A stretch of 64,000 bases of DNA, from positions 148,722 to 212,721 of the forward strand of contig CAVXDX010000008.1 of assembly GCA_963760615.1 (NCBI GenBank), read 5' to 3'. This stretch comes from an uncultured Candidatus Micrarchaeota archaeon (lineage in GTDB: Archaea > Micrarchaeota > Micrarchaeia > Burarchaeales > Fermentimicrarchaeaceae). This document shows positions 49,088 to 58,943 of the stretch, piece by piece (positions within the stretch are counted from its first letter, which is position 1; each line of letters begins with the position of its first letter). Below the pieces are notes generated by a model. That model ran no database searches. It saw only the letters and a program-made list of their open reading frames with translations, and had not been told where the DNA came from. Made by a program: the position numbers and the translations under genes.

Positions 49088-49753
49088 ATGGCAGTGGAGA
49101 GAAAATTCATAGAGGATTCAATAAGCAGGTACAAGCTTGCAGCCTACCTGGAGAAGGAGCTAGACAGGGCAGGCTTTTCAAAAGTTGACATACAGAGGAC
49201 TCCAATGGTCACAAGGATAAATGTTGAAGTGACAAAGCCGGGCAAGGTTATAGGAAGGAAGGGCAAGACAATAAAGGATTTGACAGACGCCATACAGAAA
49301 AACTTCGGTGTTGACAACCCGCAGATAAGCGTCTCAGAGGTTACAAACGAGAACCTGGAGCCGAGGCTGGTTGCCAAGAGAGTTGTGAGATCCGTGGAGA
49401 TGGGAAGGAACGTAAGAAGGATACTGCACTTCACGCTTAAGACAATCATGGATGCCGGCGCTCTGGGAGCCGAGATAATCGCAAGCGGAAAGATTGCGGC
49501 AAAGGGAGCGAGGGCAAAACGCCTCAGGGTTGGGGCGGGCTACCTGCCAAAATCCGGCGAGCCCTCAAGGCTGGTTAGAGTGGCACATGTCACTGCATAC
49601 CCGAAATTCGGCGCAATAGGAGTGCGTGTGAAGATAGTTCCTCCGGGAACTGTGTTCCCCGACAAGGAGAAGACAAAACCGGTTGAGCTGCCCAGGGTGA
49701 TAAAGGAGGCAGCTGCAGAGAGTGAGGAAGATGCCGATATTGAGACTAAGTGA
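49088..49753 (+). CDS. rps3: 30S ribosomal protein uS3
   Basis: KPGKVIGRKG, GAEIIASGK. Confidence 0.95.
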   Translation: MAVERKFIEDSISRYKLAAYLEKELDRAGFSKVDIQRTPMVTRINVEVTKPGKVIGRKGKTIKDLTDAIQKNFGVDNPQISVSEVTNENLEPRLVAKRVVRSVEMGRNVRRILHFTLKTIMDAGALGAEIIASGKIAAKGARAKRLRVGAGYLPKSGEPSRLVRVAHVTAYPKFGAIGVRVKIVPPGTVFPDKEKTKPVELPRVIKEAAAESEEDADIETK

Positions 49754-49937
49754 GCTCAGAAGCATGGAAACGAACGCTCTGAAAAGCAAGCTGTTAGAGC
49801 TAAGGAACGAGCTGAGGGTTGACAAGGGGAGTGTTGCAAGCGGAGGGAAGGCGAGCAACCCCGGCAGGATGAAAGAGTTGAGGAGAAGCATTGCAAGAAT
49901 ATTGACAGTCTGTAGGGAAAAAAGAATTGAAATTTGA
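49731..49937 (+). CDS. rpl29: 50S ribosomal protein uL29
   Basis: NPGRMKELRRSIARILT. Confidence 0.93.
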   Translation: MPILRLSELRSMETNALKSKLLELRNELRVDKGSVASGGKASNPGRMKELRRSIARILTVCREKRIEI

Positions 49938-49954
49938 CGAGGTGAGAGGTTCAG

Positions 49955-50260
49955 ATGGGAGAGATATGCTCCAAGTGTGGGCTTCCGAAAGAGATTTGCG
50001 CGTGCGAAGCTCTTGAGAGAGAAGGAGCGAGGAGGATAAAGGTTTACTGCACCAAGAAAAAATTCGGCAAGCTTGTGACAATAGTAGAAGGGTTGGATGA
50101 AGGCGAGCTGAACAAGATAACAAAGGAGCTGAAGAAAACGCTTGCATGCGGAGGCAGCTCAAAGGAAGGCGTGATAGTGCTGCAGGGAGAGCACAGGGAC
50201 AAGCTCAAGCGGCTCCTGACAAAGATGGGGTATCTTGAAGATAGCATAGATGTGGTATGA
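49955..50260 (+). CDS. Translation initiation factor aIF1 (SUI1)
   Basis: ICSKCGLPKEIC, LACGGS, LQGEHR. Confidence 0.93.
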   Translation: MGEICSKCGLPKEICACEALEREGARRIKVYCTKKKFGKLVTIVEGLDEGELNKITKELKKTLACGGSSKEGVIVLQGEHRDKLKRLLTKMGYLEDSIDVV

Positions 50261-50550
50261 TGATTGACAGGAACAACATATTGATTCATGAATTCATAGG
50301 GCTGGAAGTAGAGATAGCGAGGAGCACGTGCAGGAACCTCATTGGAAAGAGAGGAAGGGTAGTTGACGAGACGAAGAATACAATTGAGATTGAGAGGAAT
50401 GGCACCACAAAAATTGTTCCAAAGAGGGCGAGCACCTTCAGGTTCTACCTGCCCACTGGCGGCAGTGTTGAAGTTGACGGAAGGCTCATAGAGCACAGGC
50501 CCGAGGATAGGCCGAAGAGGCTCATGAGGCACATGGGGAAGGTGGGATGA
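50257..50550 (+). CDS. rnp1: RNase P protein Rpp29
   Basis: HEFIGLEVEI, VVDETKNT, HRPEDR. Confidence 0.92.
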   Translation: MMIDRNNILIHEFIGLEVEIARSTCRNLIGKRGRVVDETKNTIEIERNGTTKIVPKRASTFRFYLPTGGSVEVDGRLIEHRPEDRPKRLMRHMGKVG

Positions 50551-50855
50551 TGGTAACGTGTAATGATGAGAAATGTTTCAAGCATGGAAATGTCAAGCTA
50601 AGGGGCGGCACCATAGAGGGAGTGGTTGTGAGCGACAAGGGTAGGAGGAGTGTGATAGTGGAGAGGCCGCTGGTGAAATACATCTCCAAATACGAGAGGT
50701 CCGCCAGGAGAAATTCAAGGATAGCAGCGCACAACCCTGACTGCATAAGCGCAAAGGAGGGAGACACTGTGAAAATCTCCGAGTGCAGGAAGCTGAGCAG
50801 GACAAAGGCTTGGAGCGTTGTTGAGATTACAAAGAAAGCTGAGAGAGGTAGTTGA
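50547..50855 (+). CDS. rps17: 30S ribosomal protein uS17
   Basis: CFKHGNVKLRG, ECRKLSRTK. Confidence 0.94.
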   Translation: MMVTCNDEKCFKHGNVKLRGGTIEGVVVSDKGRRSVIVERPLVKYISKYERSARRNSRIAAHNPDCISAKEGDTVKISECRKLSRTKAWSVVEITKKAERGS

Positions 50856-50856
50856 A

Positions 50857-51255
50857 ATGAAAGGCTTGCAAAGCAGGGTCACGGGAGGATTGACAATAGG
50901 CTCCTATATGCTGTGTGATGACAACAGCGGTGCGAAGATAGTTCAGATAATAGGGGTGAAGGGAAGCCACACCAAAAGGACGAGGTATCCCTCAGTTGGA
51001 GTAGGCGACATAGTGATAGTTGCAGTCAAGAAAGGTGTTCCGCAGATGAAGAAGAAGGTTGAGAAGGCCGTTATAATAAGGCAGAGGAGGCCTTACAGGA
51101 GGGCTGGCGGCATGAGGATTGAGTTTGAGGATAATGCAGTTGTGCTCATAGATGACCAAGGTTTGCCGAAAGCAACTGAGATAAAGGGTGCAATAGCAAG
51201 GGAAGTTGTGGACAGGTTCCCGAAAGTTGCGGGCATAGCCAGCGCGGTGGTATGA
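50857..51255 (+). CDS. rpl14: 50S ribosomal protein uL14
   Basis: DDNSGAK, FEDNAVV. Confidence 0.95.
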   Translation: MKGLQSRVTGGLTIGSYMLCDDNSGAKIVQIIGVKGSHTKRTRYPSVGVGDIVIVAVKKGVPQMKKKVEKAVIIRQRRPYRRAGGMRIEFEDNAVVLIDDQGLPKATEIKGAIAREVVDRFPKVAGIASAVV

Positions 51256-51638
51256 TGACGTCTCTCACAGATTCAAAACAGCCAAGGAAGCAGAGAAAGG
51301 CTAGGTACGAGGCCCCGCTGCATAGTAGGCAGAAGTGGTTGGCAGTGCACCTGAATAAGGAAATGAGAGAGAAACTCAAGACGAAGAGAAGAAGCGTGCC
51401 CGTGAGGGAAGGAGACAGGGTAAAGATAATGAGGGGAGAGAACAAGGGGAAGAGCGGGAAGGTGTCAAGAGTTGATGTGAGGTATAGCAAGGTTTATGTT
51501 GAAGGAATCGTCAGGAAAAAGGGGAAGGGCGGGGAGGTCCTTGTCCCATTTGACCCTTCAAAGCTTCTGATGGTTGAGGCTGGCTTCTCTGACAAGATGA
51601 GAGGCAAAATACTTGAGAGGTCTAAGAAAATCGAATGA
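51252..51638 (+). CDS. rpl24: 50S ribosomal protein uL24
   Basis: SKQPRKQRK, VREGDRVKIMRG. Confidence 0.95.
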   Translation: MMTSLTDSKQPRKQRKARYEAPLHSRQKWLAVHLNKEMREKLKTKRRSVPVREGDRVKIMRGENKGKSGKVSRVDVRYSKVYVEGIVRKKGKGGEVLVPFDPSKLLMVEAGFSDKMRGKILERSKKIE

Positions 51639-51648
51639 GGTAGGTTGA

Positions 51649-52359
51649 ATGGCTAAAAAAGGCGGCTCGCCGCATATGAAAAGAATTGCTTCGCCGAGGT
51701 ACATTCCAGTGGCAAGAAAGGGGGATGTATGGCTCACTAAGCCCGCGCCAGGGCCGCACAGCCTTGGCAGTTCCATGGCAGTGGGAGTTGTCCTTAGAGA
51801 CATTATGGGAGTGGCGGATTCCATAAGAGAGGTCAAGAAAGTTCTCATGGAGGGCAGTGTGCTCGTTGACGGCAGGGTTGTGAAGGACAGGAAGTTCCCT
51901 GTTGGGCTCATGGATGTGGTGAGCATACCGAAACTCAAAAAGGATTACTGGGTTGGAGTTGACAGGAAGGGAAGATTCAAGCTTATAGAGGTTGGGGGGG
52001 AGAGGTCAAAGTTCAAGCTGTGCAGGATTGAGGGCAAGCACAGCATTCCTGGAGACGCTTTCCAGATTGCGCTGCACGATGGAAGGACTGCAGTTGGCGG
52101 CAGGGAGTTCAGAATTGGCGATACAGTCAAGCTGTCCGTTCCTGAGCAGAAGGTTGCTGCGGTCATGAAGCTGGAGCCCAACGCGAGCTGCATAATAACA
52201 AGCGGCAAGCATGCAGGGGAGCTGGCAACCGTTGACGAGCTCTACCACAAGAAAGGAGCGAGGAGGGCGGAGGCAAAGCTGCATTCAGATTCAGAAAGCT
52301 TCATAACAGTGAGGGATTACCTGTTTGTTGTGGGGGATGAGGCGCAGGTGTTCAAATGA
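51649..52359 (+). CDS. rps4e: 30S ribosomal protein eS4
   Basis: HMKRIASP, PGPHS, FPVGLMDV. Confidence 0.95.
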   Translation: MAKKGGSPHMKRIASPRYIPVARKGDVWLTKPAPGPHSLGSSMAVGVVLRDIMGVADSIREVKKVLMEGSVLVDGRVVKDRKFPVGLMDVVSIPKLKKDYWVGVDRKGRFKLIEVGGERSKFKLCRIEGKHSIPGDAFQIALHDGRTAVGGREFRIGDTVKLSVPEQKVAAVMKLEPNASCIITSGKHAGELATVDELYHKKGARRAEAKLHSDSESFITVRDYLFVVGDEAQVFK

Positions 52360-52862
52360 ATCCAATGAGAGATATACGCGTTGAAAAGGTCACCGCAAAC
52401 ATGGGGGTAGGGGAGGGTGGCGAGAAGCTGCAGAACCGCTCAGGGCTACTGGAAAGGATAAGCGGAAGGAAGGCAGTGAACACCGTTGCAAGGATCAGGA
52501 ATCCTGTGTTCAAGATAAAGCAGGGTGACCCCATAGGGACGAAGGTTACAATGAGGGGGAAGGAGGGCGAGGAGTTCCTCAAGAAAGCTCTGGAGGCCGT
52601 TGACAAGAAAATCAGCTCAAGAGCATTTGATAAGGAGGGCAATTTCTCCTTCGGGGTGAAGGAGTACATAGATTTCCCTGGTGTCAAGTACGATCCGAAG
52701 ATTGGAATTGTTGGGTTTGATGTTTGCGTGACTCTCAAGAGAAGGGGAAGCAGGGTGGCAAGAAGGAGAAGGGGGAAGCATGCAATTGGGAGGAGGCACA
52801 GAATAACAAAGGAAGAGGGAATGCTGTTTGCAAAGGAGGTTCTCGGAGTTGAAGTTGTGTGA
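52356..52862 (+). CDS. rpl5: 50S ribosomal protein uL5
   Basis: MNPMRDIRVEKV, GNFSFGVKEYI. Confidence 0.95.
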   Translation: MNPMRDIRVEKVTANMGVGEGGEKLQNRSGLLERISGRKAVNTVARIRNPVFKIKQGDPIGTKVTMRGKEGEEFLKKALEAVDKKISSRAFDKEGNFSFGVKEYIDFPGVKYDPKIGIVGFDVCVTLKRRGSRVARRRRGKHAIGRRHRITKEEGMLFAKEVLGVEVV

Positions 52863-52871
52863 GTTGGTTGA

Positions 52872-53048
52872 ATGACTAGCAAGAAAGTTTCGCAGGAGAA
52901 GAGGCTCAAGCTGAAGTATAAGGGGAGAGGACTGAGGAAGTGCAGGTTCTGCGGCAACGCGCGAGGAGTGATTAGAATGTACAATCTGTATATATGCAGG
53001 AGATGCTTCAGGGAAGTCGGAGAGAACATAGGCTTCAGGAAGTTCTAG
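52872..53048 (+). CDS. rps14: 30S ribosomal protein uS14 (absent from ORF track, 58 aa)
   Basis: Hand-translated: KGRGLRKCRFCG...LYICRRCFRE...GFRKF. Confidence 0.94.
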   Translation: MTSKKVSQEKRLKLKYKGRGLRKCRFCGNARGVIRMYNLYICRRCFREVGENIGFRKF

Positions 53049-53056
53049 GTGATTGG

Positions 53057-53446
53057 ATGACGAATGACCCGCTTGCGGATGCGCTTAACACGATAAAAAC
53101 GCACGAGATACTGGGCAGGTCCTCATGCGCGTTAAAGCCAGCCTCCAAGCTCATAAAGGAGGTGCTCATGATTTTCCAGCAGCACAAGTACATCGGAGAG
53201 TTTGAGTACATAGACGACGGAAAGTCGGGCTCATTCAGAGTGCAGCTCAATGGAACAATAAACAACTGCGGAGTGATAAAGCCCAGGTTTGCAGTGAAGA
53301 ATGACGAGTGGGCCAAATGGGAGCAGAGGCACATACCAGGACCGGAATTCGGAGTGCTCATAATCTCAACCCCCCAGGGGCTTATGACGAACACTGATGC
53401 AAGAAAGAAGAACATCGGGGGAAGGCTCATAGCATATGTTTACTAG
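53057..53446 (+). CDS. rps8: 30S ribosomal protein uS8
   Basis: DPLADAL, INNCGVIKPRF, GGRLIAYVY. Confidence 0.95.
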   Translation: MTNDPLADALNTIKTHEILGRSSCALKPASKLIKEVLMIFQQHKYIGEFEYIDDGKSGSFRVQLNGTINNCGVIKPRFAVKNDEWAKWEQRHIPGPEFGVLIISTPQGLMTNTDARKKNIGGRLIAYVY

Positions 53447-53455
53447 AGTGATGAC

Positions 53456-53950
53456 ATGGTAGATATACCAAAGGAAGTTGAAGTTGAGGTGAAGGGAAAC
53501 ATGGTTGTGGTTAAAGGCAAGAAGGGCAAGGTTGAGAAGAGCTTCAGGGGGATAGGGTTGAAGATTGAGAAGAAGGGAGAGGCAGTAGAAGTTGACGGAG
53601 GAAACGGGGGCAAGATGCTTGCCGAAACTGTTGAGTCGCACCTCAAGAACATGTTCCAAGGAGTGAGCGAGGGTTACTCCCGCAGGCTCCAGATTGTCCA
53701 CTCCCATTTTCCTATGAGCGTTGAGGTGAAGGGGAAAGAAGTACTCATAAAGAATTTCATAGGAGAGAAGAAGCCGCGCACAGCAGACATTGTTGGGGAG
53801 ACCAAGGTTGAGGTTAAGGGGACAGATGTCCTTGTTTCAGGGCCTGACAAAGAGGCTGTGGGGCAGACCTGCGCGAACATATACCAGGCAACGAAGATAA
53901 AAGAGAAGGACAGCAGGGTCTTTCAGGATGGAGTGTATCCGGTTGAGTGA
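53456..53950 (+). CDS. rpl6: 50S ribosomal protein uL6
   Basis: HSHFPM, DSRVFQDGVY. Confidence 0.95.
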   Translation: MVDIPKEVEVEVKGNMVVVKGKKGKVEKSFRGIGLKIEKKGEAVEVDGGNGGKMLAETVESHLKNMFQGVSEGYSRRLQIVHSHFPMSVEVKGKEVLIKNFIGEKKPRTADIVGETKVEVKGTDVLVSGPDKEAVGQTCANIYQATKIKEKDSRVFQDGVYPVE

Positions 53951-54306
53951 TTCTTATGGCAAAGGTGAAGAAGAAAAAACACCCGAAATTCTTCAGGCAG
54001 AACTACGGCAGGACGGACAGGAAGAGGATTGGGAGCAGCTGGAGGAGGCCCAGAGGCCATGACAACAAGAAAAGGGCCAAGCATGCTTTCGCTGGCGCCG
54101 AGCCCACCATCGGGTGGAGGAATGCCCGCGCTGTAAGGGGCCTGCATCCATCCGGAACAGGAGAGGCACTTGTGAATAATATGGAAGAGCTCGGAAAGGT
54201 GATGCACGGAACTGCTGTGAGAATAGCGCATGGAGTGGGAGGGAGGAAGAGAAGCGGAATTGTTGAAAAGGCCAAGGAGCTTGGCTTGAAAATTTTGAAT
54301 GAGTGA
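53947..54306 (+). CDS. rpl32e: 50S ribosomal protein eL32
   Basis: WRRPRGHDNK, GLHPSG. Confidence 0.94.
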   Translation: MILMAKVKKKKHPKFFRQNYGRTDRKRIGSSWRRPRGHDNKKRAKHAFAGAEPTIGWRNARAVRGLHPSGTGEALVNNMEELGKVMHGTAVRIAHGVGGRKRSGIVEKAKELGLKILNE

Positions 54307-54757
54307 TAGAATGGGAATGGCAACAGTGAGAAGAATTGCAGCTGAACTGCTCGGAGTTGGGGAGAGCAGGGTTAGGATAGACCCCAAAGACTCCAAGAAG
54401 GCAGAGGAAGCTCTTACAAGAGATGACATACGCTCACTGATATCGCAGGGAGTTATCTACGCGCTCAGAAAAAGAGGAGTTTCAAGGGCAAGGGGCAAGG
54501 AGAAGCACATGAAGACGAAGGTGGGCAGGAGGAGAGGGAGAGGCAGCAGGAAGGGCAAACGCTACTCCATCATTCCGAGAAAGAGGGTGTGGATAACCCA
54601 CGTGAGGGCGCAGAGGGCTCTGCTGAAAGAGCTGCTGCTTGAGAAAAAAATACAGAAGGGTGCTTACAGAAAGGTTTACAGGATGATAAAGGGAGGCGCT
54701 TTCAGGAGCAGGGCTAGTCTGCTCACGCACCTGAAAGACACTCAATTGATAAAGTGA
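54299..54757 (+). CDS. rpl19e: 50S ribosomal protein eL19
   Basis: RRIAAELLGVGESRV, GRRRGRGSRKG. Confidence 0.94.
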   Translation: MSDRMGMATVRRIAAELLGVGESRVRIDPKDSKKAEEALTRDDIRSLISQGVIYALRKRGVSRARGKEKHMKTKVGRRRGRGSRKGKRYSIIPRKRVWITHVRAQRALLKELLLEKKIQKGAYRKVYRMIKGGAFRSRASLLTHLKDTQLIK

Positions 54758-54761
54758 TAAG

Positions 54762-55343
54762 ATGGGAAAAGCAACAGGACCAACATACACCGTTCCATTC
54801 AGGAGGAGAAGGGAGAACCTCACCAACTATGCGAAGAGGCTGGCCCTTCTGAAGTCCATGGAGCCCAGGATGGTTGTGAGAAAAAGCAATAGGAATGTGC
54901 TAGTTCATTTCGTCAACTATGCGGAGAACGGCGATGTGACTGTGGCTGCCGCTAGCTCAAGGGAGCTCGCGAAGTTTGGATGGCACTGCAGCGGCAACAC
55001 ACCAACGGCATACCTGACCGGCTTGCTTGCAGGAAAGAGGGCAAAGGAAAAAGGAATTGAGAAATTCGTGCCTGACATCGGGCTTGCAACACCGTCGAAG
55101 GGCGCGCTGGCTTTCGCAGCAGTCAGGGGGGCAATGGATGCAGGGCTGGAGACAAAATATGAGGAGGGCATGGTGGACGAGGGGAGGATAAGGGGGGAGC
55201 ACATCGCAAAATACGCAGAAAGCCTGAAGGGCAAGCCGGAGTATGAGAAAATTTTCTCGTCATACCTGAAAGCAAATGTTCCACCTGAAAGCATTCCTGG
55301 GATGTTCGACAAAGTCAAAGAGGAGATAATGAAGAGCGGGTGA
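54762..55343 (+). CDS. rpl18: 50S ribosomal protein uL18
   Basis: RRRRENLTNY, NTPTAYLTG. Confidence 0.94.
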   Translation: MGKATGPTYTVPFRRRRENLTNYAKRLALLKSMEPRMVVRKSNRNVLVHFVNYAENGDVTVAAASSRELAKFGWHCSGNTPTAYLTGLLAGKRAKEKGIEKFVPDIGLATPSKGALAFAAVRGAMDAGLETKYEEGMVDEGRIRGEHIAKYAESLKGKPEYEKIFSSYLKANVPPESIPGMFDKVKEEIMKSG

Positions 55344-55349
55344 TAGCTG

Positions 55350-56066
55350 ATGGCTAGAAGAATGATTAGAGGCAGAGATGCGGAAGACAAGGTGTTCAAT
55401 ATTGATGAGTGGAAACCCAAAACTGATATTGGAAGAAAGGTGAAGAATAAGGATATAACATCCATAGAACAGGTGTTCAGTTTGGGAAAGCCGATTGTTG
55501 AGGATGAGATTGTTGATGCTCTCCTACCTGACTTGAAGGAAGAGGTGCTTGATGTTTCCATGACGCAGAGGATGAGCGAGAACGGCAGGAAGACTCTGTT
55601 CCGAGCAATAGCGATAGTTGGAGATGGGCATGGGCATATAGGTGTTGGCGCAGGAAAGGCTGAGGAGGCAAAGCCGTCAATAGAAACAGCGGTGAAGGCT
55701 GCCAAGAGAAATGTTATAGGGGTTCCGCTCGGGTGCGGCTCATGGGAGTGCGGTTGCAAGCAGAAGCACACCATCCCCATAAAAGTTGTTGGGAAGAACG
55801 GCGGGGTGATAATAACGCTCAAGCCAGCTCCAAGGGGTGTTGGCATAGCTGCTGATGAAGTAGTGAGAAAGGTTCTCGGTATGGCAGGGGTGAAGGACAG
55901 CTGGGGGTTCGCCAGGGGCAGAACAAGAAGTATATACAACACTGCAATGGCATCGTATGATGCTCTCAACAGTCTTAACAGGATGAAGTTCCACAGAGAG
56001 TGGGACACGCTGCTTGGGGAAAGCAAGGAGGTTGAAGAGAATGTCAAAGAGGGTAGCGGTAGTTAG
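55350..56066 (+). CDS. rps5: 30S ribosomal protein uS5
   Basis: WKPKTDIG, CGSWECGC, PAPRGVG. Confidence 0.95.
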   Translation: MARRMIRGRDAEDKVFNIDEWKPKTDIGRKVKNKDITSIEQVFSLGKPIVEDEIVDALLPDLKEEVLDVSMTQRMSENGRKTLFRAIAIVGDGHGHIGVGAGKAEEAKPSIETAVKAAKRNVIGVPLGCGSWECGCKQKHTIPIKVVGKNGGVIITLKPAPRGVGIAADEVVRKVLGMAGVKDSWGFARGRTRSIYNTAMASYDALNSLNRMKFHREWDTLLGESKEVEENVKEGSGS

Positions 56067-56505
56067 AGTGAGAGGCAGTGTGGGAACAAAGGGAGAGGTA
56101 GAGGACACCTTGGGAAAACTCAGGCTTACAAGGGTTAACCACTGTGTTGTGTTAGCCAACTCTCCGCAGAACATGGGCATGGTGAAGAAGTGCTCGAATT
56201 ATATAACATGGGGCGAAATAGACCCCAGCACGCTTGCCCTCATGCTCGGCAAGAGGGGGAGGGCTCCAGGCAACGCGAGAATCGGAAGCGACGAGCTCAG
56301 GAGCAGTGGTTTTGAATCGTTTGAGGATTTTGCCGAGAAAGTCTGCAATTTTGAGTGCGAGCTCAATGCACTGAAGTGCATGAAGCCAGTCTTCAGGCTT
56401 CACCCACCAACGAAGGGCTACAGGCACGTGAAGAAACCTTACCCAAAAGGTGCGTTGGGTTACAGAGGAGAGAGAATAAACGAGCTTTTGAGAAGGATGG
56501 TGTGA
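56041..56505 (+). CDS. rpl30: 50S ribosomal protein uL30
   Basis: AVVRVRG, VFRLHPP, INELLRRM. Confidence 0.94.
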   Translation: MSKRVAVVRVRGSVGTKGEVEDTLGKLRLTRVNHCVVLANSPQNMGMVKKCSNYITWGEIDPSTLALMLGKRGRAPGNARIGSDELRSSGFESFEDFAEKVCNFECELNALKCMKPVFRLHPPTKGYRHVKKPYPKGALGYRGERINELLRRMV

Positions 56506-56507
56506 TT

Positions 56508-56921
56508 ATGGTGAGGAGGCATAGGAAGAAAAGCAGGAGATACCTCGGTTCAAGAAGCTGCGGGGCTGGCAACATAAAGCACAGAAGAGGCAAGGGAAGC
56601 AGGGGTGGAGTTGGCTATGGGGGAACCAAGCACAAGTGGACGTACCTTGTGAAGTACGAGCCTGACCACTTCGGCAGGCATGGCTTTGTTCCACCAAGGA
56701 GTGGCAGATTGAAGGAAATAAATTTATGGGAGATCAATATAATGATAGAAAGTGGCAAGCTGGAGAAGGACAGCTCTGGCAGATTCATTATTGAGCTCAA
56801 GGGCTGTAAGGTCCTTGGCAGCGGCAGACTGAGTTCCCCAGTTTTCGTGAAAGCAGCTTCATTCTCCAAGAGCGCCGTCGACAAGATAAAGAGTTTCGGC
56901 GGGGATGCGAAAGTGGAGTGA
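56508..56921 (+). CDS. rpl15: 50S ribosomal protein uL15
   Basis: RGKGSRGGVG, KVLGSG. Confidence 0.94.
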   Translation: MVRRHRKKSRRYLGSRSCGAGNIKHRRGKGSRGGVGYGGTKHKWTYLVKYEPDHFGRHGFVPPRSGRLKEINLWEINIMIESGKLEKDSSGRFIIELKGCKVLGSGRLSSPVFVKAASFSKSAVDKIKSFGGDAKVE

Positions 56922-56925
56922 TCAC

Positions 56926-58374
56926 ATGGCGTTGGAATTCGTTGAACCGATAATAAAAATTCTGCCTGAGATAAAAACTCCCGAGAGGACCCTGCCGCTG
57001 AGAGAAAAGATATACTGGACTGCGGCTGCACTTTTTATATTCTTCGTCATGTACCACATTTACCCAGTGGGCAGATACCCCATTCAACAGCAGTTCGAGT
57101 TCATACAAATGATAACTGCGAGCAAGGTCGGGAGCCTTATAACCGCGGGGATAGGGCCCATTGTGCTGGCATCCATATTCCTCCAGCTCTTTGCGGGAGC
57201 TAAGATAATCGACATCGACCTTAATGATGAAAAGGATAAGAGGAGGTTCCAGGGTGCGCAGAAAGCGCTGGCGCTCATCCTAGCTTTCTTCGAGGGGGCT
57301 ATATATGTTTACACAAACGCAGTGCCTGTCAAGGGGATTGGCATTCCTGTAGAGAACACTGTGCCGCTCTTTGGAAGCCTTCTCTTCACCCAGTTGCTTG
57401 TCATATTCCAGCTTGCGATGGGATCTGTCATATTGCTATACTTGGATGAGATAGTGGCAAAGCAGGGCATAGGCTCTGGTATAAGCCTTTTCATAGCTGC
57501 TGGTGTCTCGCTTGCTGTTGTGCAGGGCACATTCGGAGTTTTGATTCCGCAGGCAGCGCAGTACCTTGGCGAGGGCGGGGCAAATGCTGTGCCCCTGGCG
57601 CTGGCGGCAATGCTGCCTCTTGTATTCACGTTCATCGTATTCATTGCAAGCTCATATGCAGAGGGCATGAGAGTTGAGGTGCCTCTGGTCTTCGAGAGAA
57701 TCAGAGGAGTTGGCGGCAGATATCCAATAAAGTTCCTGTATGTTTCAAACGTGCCGGTAATCCTTGCTGCGGCTCTCATGATGAACTTCCAGCTCATAGC
57801 AAGAGCCATTGGCAACAGTTCATTATACATAGGCGGAACGGATATCGTAAGACTCTTGGCAGTTGTTGACAGCAGCGGAAGGCTCGTTGACGGGCTGCTG
57901 TACTTCATGACCCCGAGCTTCCCCAACCCTGTTCTCGTTGGGTATATCCCCTATGTGAATGCACTTCTGGCATCCACCACTCAGTACAGTCACATACCGG
58001 AGTATATACATGTAATTGCATACGTGGTCACAATGGTTGTGCTGTGCGTCATATTCGGCAGCTTCTGGATTGAGACCACGGGTATGGGAGCAAAAGACAT
58101 TGCGGAGCAGCTCAAGGGCTCGGGCCTACAGGTGCCGGGCTTCAGGAGGGACCCGAGAGTAGTGGAGAAGGTGCTTGACAAGTACATACCAACGATAACA
58201 ATTCTGGGAAGCATATTCGTGGGGATTCTTGCATCATTTGCCGATTTGACAGGGGCGCTGGGTACTGGCACTGGCATACTGCTTACTGTCGGCATACTGA
58301 ACAACATGTACGAGATTTTGAAGAGGGACCAGATGCTTGAGCTGTACCCCGCTTTGAGGGGTTTGGTGGGGTGA
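56926..58374 (+). CDS. secY: Preprotein translocase SecY
   Basis: GIGPIVLASI, GIGSGISLFI, YPIKFLYVSN, GTGILLTV. Confidence 0.96.
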   Translation: MALEFVEPIIKILPEIKTPERTLPLREKIYWTAAALFIFFVMYHIYPVGRYPIQQQFEFIQMITASKVGSLITAGIGPIVLASIFLQLFAGAKIIDIDLNDEKDKRRFQGAQKALALILAFFEGAIYVYTNAVPVKGIGIPVENTVPLFGSLLFTQLLVIFQLAMGSVILLYLDEIVAKQGIGSGISLFIAAGVSLAVVQGTFGVLIPQAAQYLGEGGANAVPLALAAMLPLVFTFIVFIASSYAEGMRVEVPLVFERIRGVGGRYPIKFLYVSNVPVILAAALMMNFQLIARAIGNSSLYIGGTDIVRLLAVVDSSGRLVDGLLYFMTPSFPNPVLVGYIPYVNALLASTTQYSHIPEYIHVIAYVVTMVVLCVIFGSFWIETTGMGAKDIAEQLKGSGLQVPGFRRDPRVVEKVLDKYIPTITILGSIFVGILASFADLTGALGTGTGILLTVGILNNMYEILKRDQMLELYPALRGLVG

Positions 58375-58378
58375 TGAT

Positions 58379-58942
58379 GTGATAATCGTCATGGGGCTAC
58401 CGGGCGCAGGAAAGACAACCGTGCTCAATGGAGCAGTTTCAGGATTTGCCGACTGGAAAGTCCTGAACTACGGAGATATGATGTTTGAAATAGCGAAGAA
58501 GGAAAGGCTTGTGAGCGAGAGGGATGAGATGAGGAAACTCCCCCTCAAGAGCCAGAAGAGAATCCAGGATGAGGCAGCAAGCAAGCTCTCGGATATGAAG
58601 GGTAAGCTGATACTTGACACCCACTGCTCTGTTCACACGCCAACCGGTTATATGCCTGGGCTTCCCTATGAGCAGCTCAGGAAACTCAAAGTGGATTATC
58701 TGGTATTTGTATCTGCTCCGGCAAAGGACATACTTGGGAGGAGGCAGAGGGATACAACAAGGAAGAGGGATGCGGTGAGCATTGGAGACATCGAGCGTGA
58801 CATGGCGGTCAACACAGCCTACCTGTGCGCCTACTCCGCTCTGAGCGGCGCAGCTGCGAGCATAATAATGAACTCCGATGGAAAACTTGACGAGGCAGTC
58901 GGCAAACTTAGGGAAATTATAAAGAGGGCAGGTGAGGCATAG
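58379..58942 (+). CDS. adkA: Archaeal adenylate kinase
   Basis: GLPGAGKTT, NYGD, RDEMRKL, DTH, GYMPGLP. Confidence 0.93.
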   Translation: MIIVMGLPGAGKTTVLNGAVSGFADWKVLNYGDMMFEIAKKERLVSERDEMRKLPLKSQKRIQDEAASKLSDMKGKLILDTHCSVHTPTGYMPGLPYEQLRKLKVDYLVFVSAPAKDILGRRQRDTTRKRDAVSIGDIERDMAVNTAYLCAYSALSGAAASIIMNSDGKLDEAVGKLREIIKRAGEA

Positions 58943-58943
58943 C